Source: an uncultured Pelagibacteraceae bacterium
GTDB taxonomy: Bacteria > Pseudomonadota > Alphaproteobacteria > Pelagibacterales > AG-422-B15
NCBI GenBank assembly: GCA_902526005.1
Contig: CABZIW010000004.1
Span: 32,596 to 96,595, forward strand
DNA: 64,000 nucleotides
Reading direction: 5' to 3'
Within the stretch, counting starts at the first letter, position 1. Every line of letters begins with the position of its first letter. The translations under genes were made by a program, and so were the position numbers. A model generated the notes under the pieces. That model saw only the letters and a program-made list of their open reading frames with translations. It was not told the origin of the DNA and did no database searches. This document shows, one piece after another, positions 41,244 to 50,128 of the stretch.

Positions 41244-42644
41244 CTATAATGAATTTATAAAGCTAATTAATTGATTTACTTGATTTTTATCTAAAGATTT
41301 GAACTCTTCTAACACTCTAGAGGCTTCCCCGCCATGCCATAATATAGCCTCCTCAATTGTTCGAGCCCTTCCATCATGTAAAAATCCATATTCTGCAGAT
41401 ACCACTGATGTCAACCCTATTCCCCACAAAGGCGGCGTTCTCCATTCAGAGCCACTGGCATTGAATTCGTTAACACCATCAGACAACTGTTCACCCATAT
41501 CATGCAGCAAAAAATCTGAATAAGGGTATATGATTTGATTCGCTAAATTTTGATGTGTACTCTCATTTTTTGTAACAAATCTCTCAGTATGACAAGAATT
41601 GCAGCCAATTTTAAAAAATATTTCTTTACCTTTAACCACGTTAATATCTCTCACGTTTCTTCTTACTGGCACACCAAGTTGCGATGAATAAAAAACTACT
41701 AGATCCAATTGATCATTAGAAACTTCATAGCCATCATAGCTTTCGCTATTTCCACTGACTGCATTTTGACAGCTTAATTGCACATCAGTACAGTTAAATG
41801 GATTTTCAAAAAGTTTATTCGATAAACCCATGTCATGAAAAAAGGCATCAGCAGTTTGTTGGTAAACCGTAGGTTGAGATGCTTTCCAGCCAAACCGACC
41901 AAGGGAATAATCATTTTTTTGATTATGCCAAACAATGTTTGCTTTTCCAGATATTCCATCACCGTTTATGTCCTTCACATCTGCATTTATCAAAATATCC
42001 GTTTCACTAATGTTTTCAATTAAACCTAGACCAATCATTGGTTGTGCGATTCTTGCTGAAAAGTTTGTATCTTGATTGATATCTCCGTAATTAAAATTTC
42101 TAATTTTAATTACAGGCTTTCTTAATTCGACTATACGACCATCATTGTAAGATATTGGAACATATTCATAATTAATAACAATGTCCGCTTCTCTTGGAAT
42201 ACTTTCAACCGAGAATTCACTAATTTGATTTCCGTAAATGGGATCTGGTAGATTTTTAATACCATCTGAAATTGAGTCCTGATTTTTTGAAATTTGAATA
42301 ACAACAGATACAGCGTCATCAGATTCATCTATAGGCAAATGTCCTCGTCCATCAGAAATATGACATGCTTCGCACGAACGAGCACTGAAAAAAGGCCCTA
42401 AACCATCTCTTGCAATATTTTCTGAGAATTTTGCATCTTCCCAAATTCTCTCAAATAAAGCATTTCCTACAAGAAAATTGATTTTTAAATTATCTCCTAA
42501 ATTTCTTGCAACCAGTGAAAAACTATTTTTATTTTCAACCTCATTTGAGGTTTTGCCACCTGGCAGTAACGGGTCTGAAGATATTGAAGTACAAATATAA
42601 AAAAAAATGTTTGCAAACAGGATTGCTTTAAATAGACGTTTCAC
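41244..42644 (-). CDS. Periplasmic di-haem cytochrome c peroxidase-like protein (DUF1111, 'thiol oxidoreductase' family)
   Basis: 466 aa. Signal peptide and two CxxCH haem motifs (CEACH, CNSCH). The N-terminal GNALFERIW and C-terminal HDGRARTIEEAILWHGGEA are typical of DUF1111. Confidence 0.85.
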   Translation of the reverse strand: MKRLFKAILFANIFFYICTSISSDPLLPGGKTSNEVENKNSFSLVARNLGDNLKINFLVGNALFERIWEDAKFSENIARDGLGPFFSARSCEACHISDGRGHLPIDESDDAVSVVIQISKNQDSISDGIKNLPDPIYGNQISEFSVESIPREADIVINYEYVPISYNDGRIVELRKPVIKIRNFNYGDINQDTNFSARIAQPMIGLGLIENISETDILINADVKDINGDGISGKANIVWHNQKNDYSLGRFGWKASQPTVYQQTADAFFHDMGLSNKLFENPFNCTDVQLSCQNAVSGNSESYDGYEVSNDQLDLVVFYSSQLGVPVRRNVRDINVVKGKEIFFKIGCNSCHTERFVTKNESTHQNLANQIIYPYSDFLLHDMGEQLSDGVNEFNASGSEWRTPPLWGIGLTSVVSAEYGFLHDGRARTIEEAILWHGGEASRVLEEFKSLDKNQVNQLISFINSL

Positions 42645-42660
42645 AATTTAAGGCTAATTT

Positions 42661-43344
42661 CTATTCTGCCTCATGTCCACTTTGAATCAGATCATCTATA
42701 TTTTCATCTTCTCCGAATGGTTCTATCTGGCTGTGATCAATTTCTTTTGGTTCTCTAATGTCTAAATTTGGAGGCAGGCGGCTTTCTAAAAGACCAGCCG
42801 CTTTTAATTCTTCAAGTCCAGGTAAATCTGTGACTTGTTCTAACTGGAAGTACTCTAAGAACCTCTCAGTTGTACCATAAATAATGGGCCTTCCTGGTAC
42901 CTTCTTTCTACCGATTGGCCTTACCCAGTTTAACTCCATAAGAACATCAAGAGTTCCAGGACTAAAATGAACTCCTCTTATGTCTTCAACTTCAGCTCTT
43001 GTAACAGGTTGATGATAGGCGATTATTGCCAAAGTCTCAGTAGCAGCCTTTGATAGTTTTCTTTGAACTATTTTTTCTTTTTTCATCATTGGTGCAAGAT
43101 CGGTGGCAGTTTTAAAGCTCCATTTATTGCCAGTTTTGACCAGATTAACTCCCCTATTTTTATATTGAGCTTCAATTAAATTTAGTAATTTGTTTAAATT
43201 TGTACCCTTCGGCAATCTTGCCTTTAAACTCTCTGCATCAAGGGGTTCATTTGCTGCAAATAGAAGAGCCTCGAGAATTCTAAGATTGTCCATATCCTCA
43301 GATGGAAAATTCATGACATTATTTTTTTCTACTTCATCAGACAT
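42661..43344 (-). CDS. scpB: Segregation and condensation protein B
   Basis: 227 aa. LEALLFAANEPL, IAYHQPVTRAEVEDIRGV, GRPIIYGTT. Confidence 0.9.
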   Translation of the reverse strand: MSDEVEKNNVMNFPSEDMDNLRILEALLFAANEPLDAESLKARLPKGTNLNKLLNLIEAQYKNRGVNLVKTGNKWSFKTATDLAPMMKKEKIVQRKLSKAATETLAIIAYHQPVTRAEVEDIRGVHFSPGTLDVLMELNWVRPIGRKKVPGRPIIYGTTERFLEYFQLEQVTDLPGLEELKAAGLLESRLPPNLDIREPKEIDHSQIEPFGEDENIDDLIQSGHEAE

Positions 43345-43351
43345 AATTTAT

Positions 43352-44149
43352 TTAATTAATGAATTCATCGTCCTTTTTATTTTTTAAAAATACTGGTCCA
43401 AAAGGAACCAGCTGCTGTACTTCAAGTACCCCTTCTCTTACAAGTTCCATTGCTGCAGCCAGGGTACCTGCAACACCTGATCTAGCGCTTTTACCATTTG
43501 AAAATTCATGTGGTAAAAATTTCTCAAGCCGAGTCCATTCTGGTACATCACCTATCATTCTTTGAAGTCTAACAAGCGCATCTTCCATTGCAAAAACAGG
43601 CGGTCTTTCAATAGTCATCGATGAGTAGGCAGTTCTGTACCTTTGATCTGCATATGATTTTAAAAGATCGTATAAATCCAGATAATATTCAGGCGTTCGT
43701 ATCAACCTTATGCCTTCAGGCATCCCTCTATTAAAAAAATCTGTACCAAGTTTTGGTAAATTCATTAATTTTTGAGAAACTTGTCGGATCGCTTCAAGTT
43801 TCTTGAGTTGAAATTTCAATCTTTCTGCCATTTCTTCAGCACTCAATTCTTCACCTGACTCTTCTCTTGGTATTAACAAATTGGATTTTAAGTAAGCCAT
43901 CCAAGCTGCCATAACAAGATAGTCAGCCGCCAACTCTAAATTGCGATTACGAACTTTTTCTATAAACTCCAAGTATTGCTCTGTGAGTTGGAGAATGGAA
44001 ATTTTCATTAAATCTACTTTTTGAGATTTAGCTAATGTTAACAGCAGATCTAGGGGACCTTCGAATTCTCCCAAGTTTACAATCAAATCATCTGGGCTAG
44101 TTTGATTAGATGCTTCCTGTTCAGTATAAGTACTTGAAATATCTTCCAT
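43352..44149 (-). CDS. scpA: Segregation and condensation protein A
   Basis: 265 aa. FEGPLDLLLTLAKSQKVDL and ILQLTEQYLEF, kleisin type. Confidence 0.9.
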   Translation of the reverse strand: MEDISSTYTEQEASNQTSPDDLIVNLGEFEGPLDLLLTLAKSQKVDLMKISILQLTEQYLEFIEKVRNRNLELAADYLVMAAWMAYLKSNLLIPREESGEELSAEEMAERLKFQLKKLEAIRQVSQKLMNLPKLGTDFFNRGMPEGIRLIRTPEYYLDLYDLLKSYADQRYRTAYSSMTIERPPVFAMEDALVRLQRMIGDVPEWTRLEKFLPHEFSNGKSARSGVAGTLAAAMELVREGVLEVQQLVPFGPVFLKNKKDDEFIN

Positions 44150-44209
44150 TTTTCAATTTTTTGATTCTTTTATTATATAACAGATGATGTTTATATACGA
44201 TAAAATACA

Positions 44210-45220
44210 TCAAAGCTGCTTGGTTAGATATTCGTAGGCTTTTATGTTTTCTTCATGTACGAAATCAGATTTTGTCTGATAGATATTGATAAGATCGTCT
44301 GGTATTAAAATAGGCTCAGCTTCATTCTTAATTCTTTCAGCTATCTTATTAATTTCATTGATGTTTCCATTACAATGAAGAACAAGGTCACAGCCGGCAC
44401 TAAGTGATTTTAAAGCAGCTATATCAACATCATCTGAAATAGCTTTCATTGAAATATCATCGGTCATCAGTAGCCCTTTAAAGCCAATTTTATTTCTTAT
44501 TATTGTTTCAATAATTTTTTTTGAAAAAGTAGCAATATTTTGATCGTCTAAAGACTTAAATAAAATATGTGCCGTCATACCTAATAATGCGTCGGAGTTG
44601 TTCTGAAAAGGCTTAAAATCAGTACTTAAAAGTTCGTCTTCAATTTCATCTACTTCAGGCATTTCAAAATGACTGTCAACTCTTGCTCGGCCATGCCCAG
44701 GTAAATGTTTAATCACAGAAGCTATGCCGCATTTATTATTTGTTTCAATTACTATCTTACCTGCTTTAGAGACGGTCCTTTCATTTATCGAAAAAGCTCG
44801 ATCTCCAATTACACCACTTTCATTTGCTGCTGGTAAATCTAAAACTGGCGCTGTGTTTGTGTTAATTCCCAATTCTTTTAGGGTATGAGCTAAAATTTCA
44901 GTATTAAGTCTTAATAATTCAAACCCTAAGTCTGCATCCTTCTCAATAATTTTCCCAAAAAAAAGATTTGATTTAAATTTATTAACACCCTTAAAATTTA
45001 GTCTTGAAATTCTTCCACCTTCCTGGTCTATCAATATTGGAATATTTTGATGATTAATTTCTTTGAGTTCTTTTGTTAAATTTTTTAAATTGTCCTTATT
45101 AATACAGTTTCTTTCAAATAAAATTATTCCCCAAGGTTTGTGGTCTCTAAAAAATTTTATTTCTTCGGTTGTTAATTTTTCTCCGGAAATACCACAAATT
45201 AAAGGTAGGTATTTTTTCAT
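44210..45220 (-). CDS. nagZ: Beta-N-acetylhexosaminidase (GH3, peptidoglycan recycling)
   Basis: 336 aa. DQEGGRISR, KHLPGHGRA, MTDDISM. Confidence 0.9.
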   Translation of the reverse strand: MKKYLPLICGISGEKLTTEEIKFFRDHKPWGIILFERNCINKDNLKNLTKELKEINHQNIPILIDQEGGRISRLNFKGVNKFKSNLFFGKIIEKDADLGFELLRLNTEILAHTLKELGINTNTAPVLDLPAANESGVIGDRAFSINERTVSKAGKIVIETNNKCGIASVIKHLPGHGRARVDSHFEMPEVDEIEDELLSTDFKPFQNNSDALLGMTAHILFKSLDDQNIATFSKKIIETIIRNKIGFKGLLMTDDISMKAISDDVDIAALKSLSAGCDLVLHCNGNINEINKIAERIKNEAEPILIPDDLINIYQTKSDFVHEENIKAYEYLTKQL

Positions 45221-45229
45221 TTTATTAAA

Positions 45230-45412
45230 TTAATCTCCAAGATCGTATATATTTAAGTCAGGAGTATGAACGCCTCCCTTGTCTTTCGGTATTATTCTAT
45301 AATCATTTAAATTGGTTTTTATTTCGATAATCTCTTCTTCTTCTTTTTTAGTATAAAAATAAATGGCAGTAATAAAAATTGCTAAAATTAAAGAGAAAAT
45401 TATGAACCTCAT
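45230..45412 (-). CDS. Small single-pass membrane protein at the position of the alphaproteobacterial SPOR-domain protein (SPOR domain absent)
   Basis: 60 aa. N-terminal TM (IIFSLILAIFITAIYFY), an acidic stretch, then PKDKGGVHTPDLNIYD. This resembles the conserved P.K..P.DPGG..VP..D..IY juxtamembrane motif of SPOR proteins encoded between argS and nagZ. Gaps to both neighbours are tight (3 and 9 nt). Confidence 0.55.
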   Translation of the reverse strand: MRFIIFSLILAIFITAIYFYTKKEEEEIIEIKTNLNDYRIIPKDKGGVHTPDLNIYDLGD

Positions 45413-45415
45413 TTT

Positions 45416-47155
45416 TTATTTCATTTCATCTGGCGAGGAAACTCCAAGAATATCAAGTCCAGATTTTATTGTTCTCTGAGTAGCAATCAGTAGTGCCATT
45501 CGAGCATAAGTCCTTGGTATATTATCTGCATCTATAAATTTCTTACTGTTATCTACTTTTCCCTGACTCCATAAAGAGTGAAATTCTGATGCTAATTCAT
45601 ACAGGTAATATGCAATTCGATGTGGCTCAAATAGAGAAACTGACGTATTAATGATATTACTATAATCCAGGATTTTTTTTAAAAGAGATATTTCAGAAAG
45701 ATCATTTAGTTCAGAAAAATTGCATTCATTAAAATTCTTTAAATTTAATTTAATATTTTGAGATTGAAGATTTTTTAATACAGACGAAATTCTTGCATGA
45801 GCATACTGTACATAAAAAACTGGATTTTCTTTAGACTGTTCAGTTACTTTTTTAAAATCAAACTCTAATGGTGCTTCATTTTTTCTGTACATCATCATAA
45901 ATCTTATACTATCACTGCCAACTTCTTTCACTAAATCACTTAAGGTAATGAAGTCACCAGATCTTTTTGACATTTTTAATTCCTTGCCATCACTGATAAG
46001 TTTTACCATTTGACATAACTTTGCTGTAAATCTTGCTTTATTATTAGTTAGGGCCTGTATCGAAGCGCTCATTCTCTTAACATATCCGCCATGATCAGCG
46101 CCTAATATGTCGATTAAATGTGTCGATCCTCTTAAGTATTTATCATAATGATAGGCAATATCGTTTGCAAAATAAGTCCACTCACCATCTGATTTTTGTA
46201 ATGGTCTATCGATTTCATCTCCATATTCAGATGATTTAAATAATAATTGCTTTCTTGGTTCCCAGTCTTCAATTTGTTTACCTTTAGGCTTATCTAAAAT
46301 GCCCTCATAGATTAAATTCATATTTTTGAGTTCATCTATGGTTTTGTCGATTTTACCTTGGGTTATTAATTCTTTTTCTGAAACAAAAATATCCTGATTA
46401 ATAGATAGTTTACTTAAGTCTTCTTTTATGTTTTCTAATAGTAAATTTACACACTCACCTTTTATTGTTGAAAAGTGATTGTCGTTTTCAAGAATAGACG
46501 TACCGTGCTTGTCTATTATTTTTTTAGCAACATCGATTAGATATTCACCAGGATAAAAATCATCTGGATAATCTTCTAAGCTTTTGCTATTGATGATTTC
46601 TTTTATTCTAATAATTGTAGAGTTTGCAAGGGTATCAATTTGAGTACCTGCATCATTTATGTAATATTCTTTTGTTACGTTGTGACCTGTAACTTTAAGT
46701 AGATTTGATAGTACATCACCAAAAACCGCTCCTCTACAATGACCGATATGTAAGGGGCCTGTAGGATTCGCTGAAACATATTCGACATTTATGTTTTTAT
46801 TTAGACCAATTTCTTCATTAAAGAGCAAGTTCGTTTCTAGCAACTGACTTAAAAATCTAAACCAAGTATCTTTAGAAATATTAAAATTTAAAAAACCTGG
46901 ACCTGCAACTTCCAACATCTCAAAGTCCTCAATTTTCTCTAGTGATTTAATGAGAGTTTTCGCTGCCTCTACTGGATTTGCCGATATCTCTTTTGCAAGA
47001 ACCATACAAATATTTGTACTTAGCTCACCATCAGATTTGTTTTTTGGGTACTCAACTACAAATGAACTATTATCTATAGTTTCATTCGAAACATTGAATA
47101 TTTTTGAAAATTCTACTCCGATTATATTCTTTAAATAACCATTTATATTTCTCAT
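45416..47155 (-). CDS. argS: Arginine--tRNA ligase
   Basis: 579 aa. HIGH motif (PTGPLHIGHCR), KMSKRSG, and a C-terminal DALR anticodon-binding domain. Confidence 0.95.
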   Translation of the reverse strand: MRNINGYLKNIIGVEFSKIFNVSNETIDNSSFVVEYPKNKSDGELSTNICMVLAKEISANPVEAAKTLIKSLEKIEDFEMLEVAGPGFLNFNISKDTWFRFLSQLLETNLLFNEEIGLNKNINVEYVSANPTGPLHIGHCRGAVFGDVLSNLLKVTGHNVTKEYYINDAGTQIDTLANSTIIRIKEIINSKSLEDYPDDFYPGEYLIDVAKKIIDKHGTSILENDNHFSTIKGECVNLLLENIKEDLSKLSINQDIFVSEKELITQGKIDKTIDELKNMNLIYEGILDKPKGKQIEDWEPRKQLLFKSSEYGDEIDRPLQKSDGEWTYFANDIAYHYDKYLRGSTHLIDILGADHGGYVKRMSASIQALTNNKARFTAKLCQMVKLISDGKELKMSKRSGDFITLSDLVKEVGSDSIRFMMMYRKNEAPLEFDFKKVTEQSKENPVFYVQYAHARISSVLKNLQSQNIKLNLKNFNECNFSELNDLSEISLLKKILDYSNIINTSVSLFEPHRIAYYLYELASEFHSLWSQGKVDNSKKFIDADNIPRTYARMALLIATQRTIKSGLDILGVSSPDEMK

Positions 47156-47158
47156 AAG

Positions 47159-48295
47159 CTAATTAAATTTATTATAAAAATTCTGAGCATAATTATCAGT
47201 CATTCCAGCTATGAAGTCGCATACTGCTCTTGGTTTATCCTTATCAGAAATAATTTTTTTCATATGTTCTTTTATGAATTTTTCATCTTGTTCTATAAAT
47301 AGTTTGAATAGTGATGATATTATTTGATGGGCGTTACTGGTCATTGCTTTTACTTTATCATGATTATACATTTTCATTGATAGGAAAGATCTAATATACT
47401 TTACTTCTTCTTTTGTTTTATCTGAAAAGTCAGCAATTTTTTCATTATTAAGCCTGACATCTTCATTGCATCTTACTTTTGATTTTTTAACTTTCTCACT
47501 AATTGTATTAATTACATCAGTAATCATAATTGAAGTTGATTTTCTTGTAATTTCATTATTTATGCGCTGCATATCATAAGAGTTATAATTTTTTGGAAAA
47601 TTTTTTATAATTTCACCAATCATTGGCAATTCAGCCAGATCATCATATGAAAAAAAACCTGCTCTTAGTCCATCATCTAAATCATGATTGTTGTATGCAA
47701 TGTCATCTGCTATTGAAGCTATTTGTGCTTCAATTGAAGAAAACTCATTCAACTTTAAGTCAAACTCTTTATCGAGAGCTTCTATAGTTTTTGGAACATC
47801 TTTTGTCATCGGCCCATTATGCTTTACGAGTCCTTCAAGTGTTTCCCACGTTAAGTTTAAGCCTTCGAAATCAAAATACTTTTTTTCTAACAAATGTACA
47901 ATTCTAATTGCCTGATCATTATGGTCAAAACCCTCATGGGAAACCATGCATTCTGAAAGAGCATCTTCTCCAGCATGTCCAAATGGTGGGTGACCAATAT
48001 CATGACTTAAGGATAATGTTTCAGTTAAATCTTCATTGAGATTGAATATTTTACTTATTGACCTAGCAATTTGTGACACTTCTAGCGAATGTGTTAATCT
48101 TGTCCTGTAGTGATCTCCTTCATTTGAAACAAATACCTGTGTCTTGTGTTTAAGCCGTCTAAAGGCAGCAGAATGAAGAATTCGATCACGATCTCGCTGG
48201 AACTCTGATCTAGTTTGACTGTAATTCTCTTTATACAGCCTACCCTTCGAAGTTTCTTGATTGGTTGAAATAAAAGATAAATCTTCAGAAATCAT
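47159..48295 (-). CDS. dgt: dGTPase-like HD-domain triphosphohydrolase
   Basis: HD motifs RLTHSLEV and HDIGHPPFGH. I start at the ATG at 48295 (MISEDLSF...). The 40-aa extension in the ORF track is hydrophobic junk that overlaps the xthA start. Confidence 0.88.
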   Translation of the reverse strand: MISEDLSFISTNQETSKGRLYKENYSQTRSEFQRDRDRILHSAAFRRLKHKTQVFVSNEGDHYRTRLTHSLEVSQIARSISKIFNLNEDLTETLSLSHDIGHPPFGHAGEDALSECMVSHEGFDHNDQAIRIVHLLEKKYFDFEGLNLTWETLEGLVKHNGPMTKDVPKTIEALDKEFDLKLNEFSSIEAQIASIADDIAYNNHDLDDGLRAGFFSYDDLAELPMIGEIIKNFPKNYNSYDMQRINNEITRKSTSIMITDVINTISEKVKKSKVRCNEDVRLNNEKIADFSDKTKEEVKYIRSFLSMKMYNHDKVKAMTSNAHQIISSLFKLFIEQDEKFIKEHMKKIISDKDKPRAVCDFIAGMTDNYAQNFYNKFN

Positions 48296-48381
48296 CACTA
48301 AATAGAATTGGTAACATAAATTTTTATTGTACAATAAACTCATTACTTTAAGAATCTTAAAATAACAATAAAAGAATACGG

Positions 48382-49161
48382 ATGGTAAAAATAGTAAGTT
48401 GGAATGTAAATTCAATAAGGGTTCGTTTACCTCATTTAATTGAATTAGATAAAACAGTTAAACCAGATATAGTCATGCTTCAGGAAACTAAATCAACTGA
48501 TGAAAACTTTCCAGAAGAAGAGATTTCTTCACTTGGGTACCAAATAATTAAAAAGGGTCAAAAATCATATAATGGAGTCGCTATTTTATCAAAAGCCCCA
48601 ATAAAAAAAATTACAGATATCTTACCAGGAAACAAAGAAGATACTCAAGCAAGATTTATTGATGCACAGGTACAAGTCGAAAATCCTTTTAATATTGTCT
48701 CTTTGTATCTCCCTAATGGCAATCCTATTGATACTGACAAATTTCCTTACAAATTAGATTGGATGAAGAGATTTAAAAAATATGCTCAAAATAAAATAGA
48801 AAACCATGAAACAGTTATATTTGGAGGGGATTACAATATTATACCAGGTTCTGATGACGCGGTTGATATTAATAAGTGGAAAAATGACGCTTTGCATCAT
48901 CCAGATTCTATAAAAATTTACAGAGAAATCATAAATTTAGGTCTGTCTGATGTGCTAAGAATTTATAATTCTAAACCCTATGAGTTCACATACTGGGACT
49001 ATTCAAGGGGGTCATGGGAAAAAGACAACGGTCTTCGAATTGATCATTTTCTTGCAACACCAAGTGCTGTTGATCGAATAACTGACTGTCAAATAGAAAA
49101 ACAATTTAGAGGTCATGAAAGACCTTCTGATCATGTTCCAATCTGGTTTGAAATTAAATAG
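48382..49161 (+). CDS. xthA: Exodeoxyribonuclease III
   Basis: 259 aa. VSWNVNSIR, LQETK, SDHVPI. Confidence 0.93.
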   Translation: MVKIVSWNVNSIRVRLPHLIELDKTVKPDIVMLQETKSTDENFPEEEISSLGYQIIKKGQKSYNGVAILSKAPIKKITDILPGNKEDTQARFIDAQVQVENPFNIVSLYLPNGNPIDTDKFPYKLDWMKRFKKYAQNKIENHETVIFGGDYNIIPGSDDAVDINKWKNDALHHPDSIKIYREIINLGLSDVLRIYNSKPYEFTYWDYSRGSWEKDNGLRIDHFLATPSAVDRITDCQIEKQFRGHERPSDHVPIWFEIK

Positions 49162-49162
49162 A

Positions 49163-50122
49163 TTACTTTGGGTTTCTTGCAATAATATTTATTAGCTCAT
49201 AAACAATTGTTGCTGCAGCGGTTGACGTAAGTTCTGCATGATCATAGGCTGGAGCGACTTCGACAACGTCTGCTGAAACAAGCTGCGAACCTGCCAATCC
49301 TCTTAATACATTTAAAATTTCTCTTGTGGTCATTCCCGCAACTTCTGGAGTTCCAGTTCCAGGAGCATGAGCTGGATCTAAAACATCAATATCTATGGAT
49401 ATATATAATGGATTATTGCCAATTCTATCTTTTATTCTTTTAACAATTTGATCAATTGTGTTTGTTTGGAATTCATCGCAGTGAATTGTTTTAAAGCCTA
49501 ATTCACGATCATTTTTTAAATCATTTGTACTGTAAAGAGGGCCACGAATTCCAATATGCATTGATGCATCATCCAAAAATAACTTTTCTTCTCTTGCTCT
49601 TCTGAATGGTGTACCGTGCGTATAAGGAGCTCCGAAGTAGGTGTCCCAAGTATCCAAGTGAGCGTCAAAGTGGACTAAGGCAACCGGACCACCAACCTTT
49701 TTATTAATTGATCTGAGTAATGGCAATGCAATTGTGTGGTCACCGCCAATAGTTACAATACTTCCAACTTTTTGGAGCAGCTCAGTAGATCCTTTTTCAA
49801 TTTGCTTAATTGCTTCGTCAATATCAAAGGGATTACAGGCTATGTCCCCAGCATCAGCTACCTGTTGAACTTTGAAAGGTTCAACATCATAATTTGGATG
49901 AAAATTCGTTCTTAGTTGTCGAGAGGCTTGTCTTACACTTTGAGGACCAAATCTAGCCCCAGGACGATAACTCGTACCCGCATCAAATGGTACGCCTATA
50001 ATTGCTACATCACAATCTTCAACATCTCTCAGTTCGGGAAGACGTGCAAATGTAGATGGGCCAGCATACCTAGGAACAACTGTTCCGCTTACTGGTTGAA
50101 TTGGTTCTTTTTTATCGCTCAT
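49163..50122 (-). CDS. Ureohydrolase of the agmatinase / guanidinobutyrase / guanidinopropionase subfamily (substrate not assignable)
   Basis: 319 aa. Metal-binding motifs GGDHTI, HFDAHLDTWD, SIDIDVLDPAHAPGTGTPE. Length and N-terminus (PRYAGPSTFARLP) resemble GbuA/GpuA-type enzymes. Confidence 0.9.
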   Translation of the reverse strand: MSDKKEPIQPVSGTVVPRYAGPSTFARLPELRDVEDCDVAIIGVPFDAGTSYRPGARFGPQSVRQASRQLRTNFHPNYDVEPFKVQQVADAGDIACNPFDIDEAIKQIEKGSTELLQKVGSIVTIGGDHTIALPLLRSINKKVGGPVALVHFDAHLDTWDTYFGAPYTHGTPFRRAREEKLFLDDASMHIGIRGPLYSTNDLKNDRELGFKTIHCDEFQTNTIDQIVKRIKDRIGNNPLYISIDIDVLDPAHAPGTGTPEVAGMTTREILNVLRGLAGSQLVSADVVEVAPAYDHAELTSTAAATIVYELINIIARNPK

Positions 50123-50128
50123 AATCTA

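Noticed and set aside
48296-48415. A 40-aa N-terminal extension of the dgt ORF that overlaps the xthA start.
   Set aside because: The extension (MNLHSNLLFLPSVFFYCYFKILKV...) is not dGTPase-like and would bury the xthA promoter and start. The internal ATG at 48295 gives a normal N-terminus.
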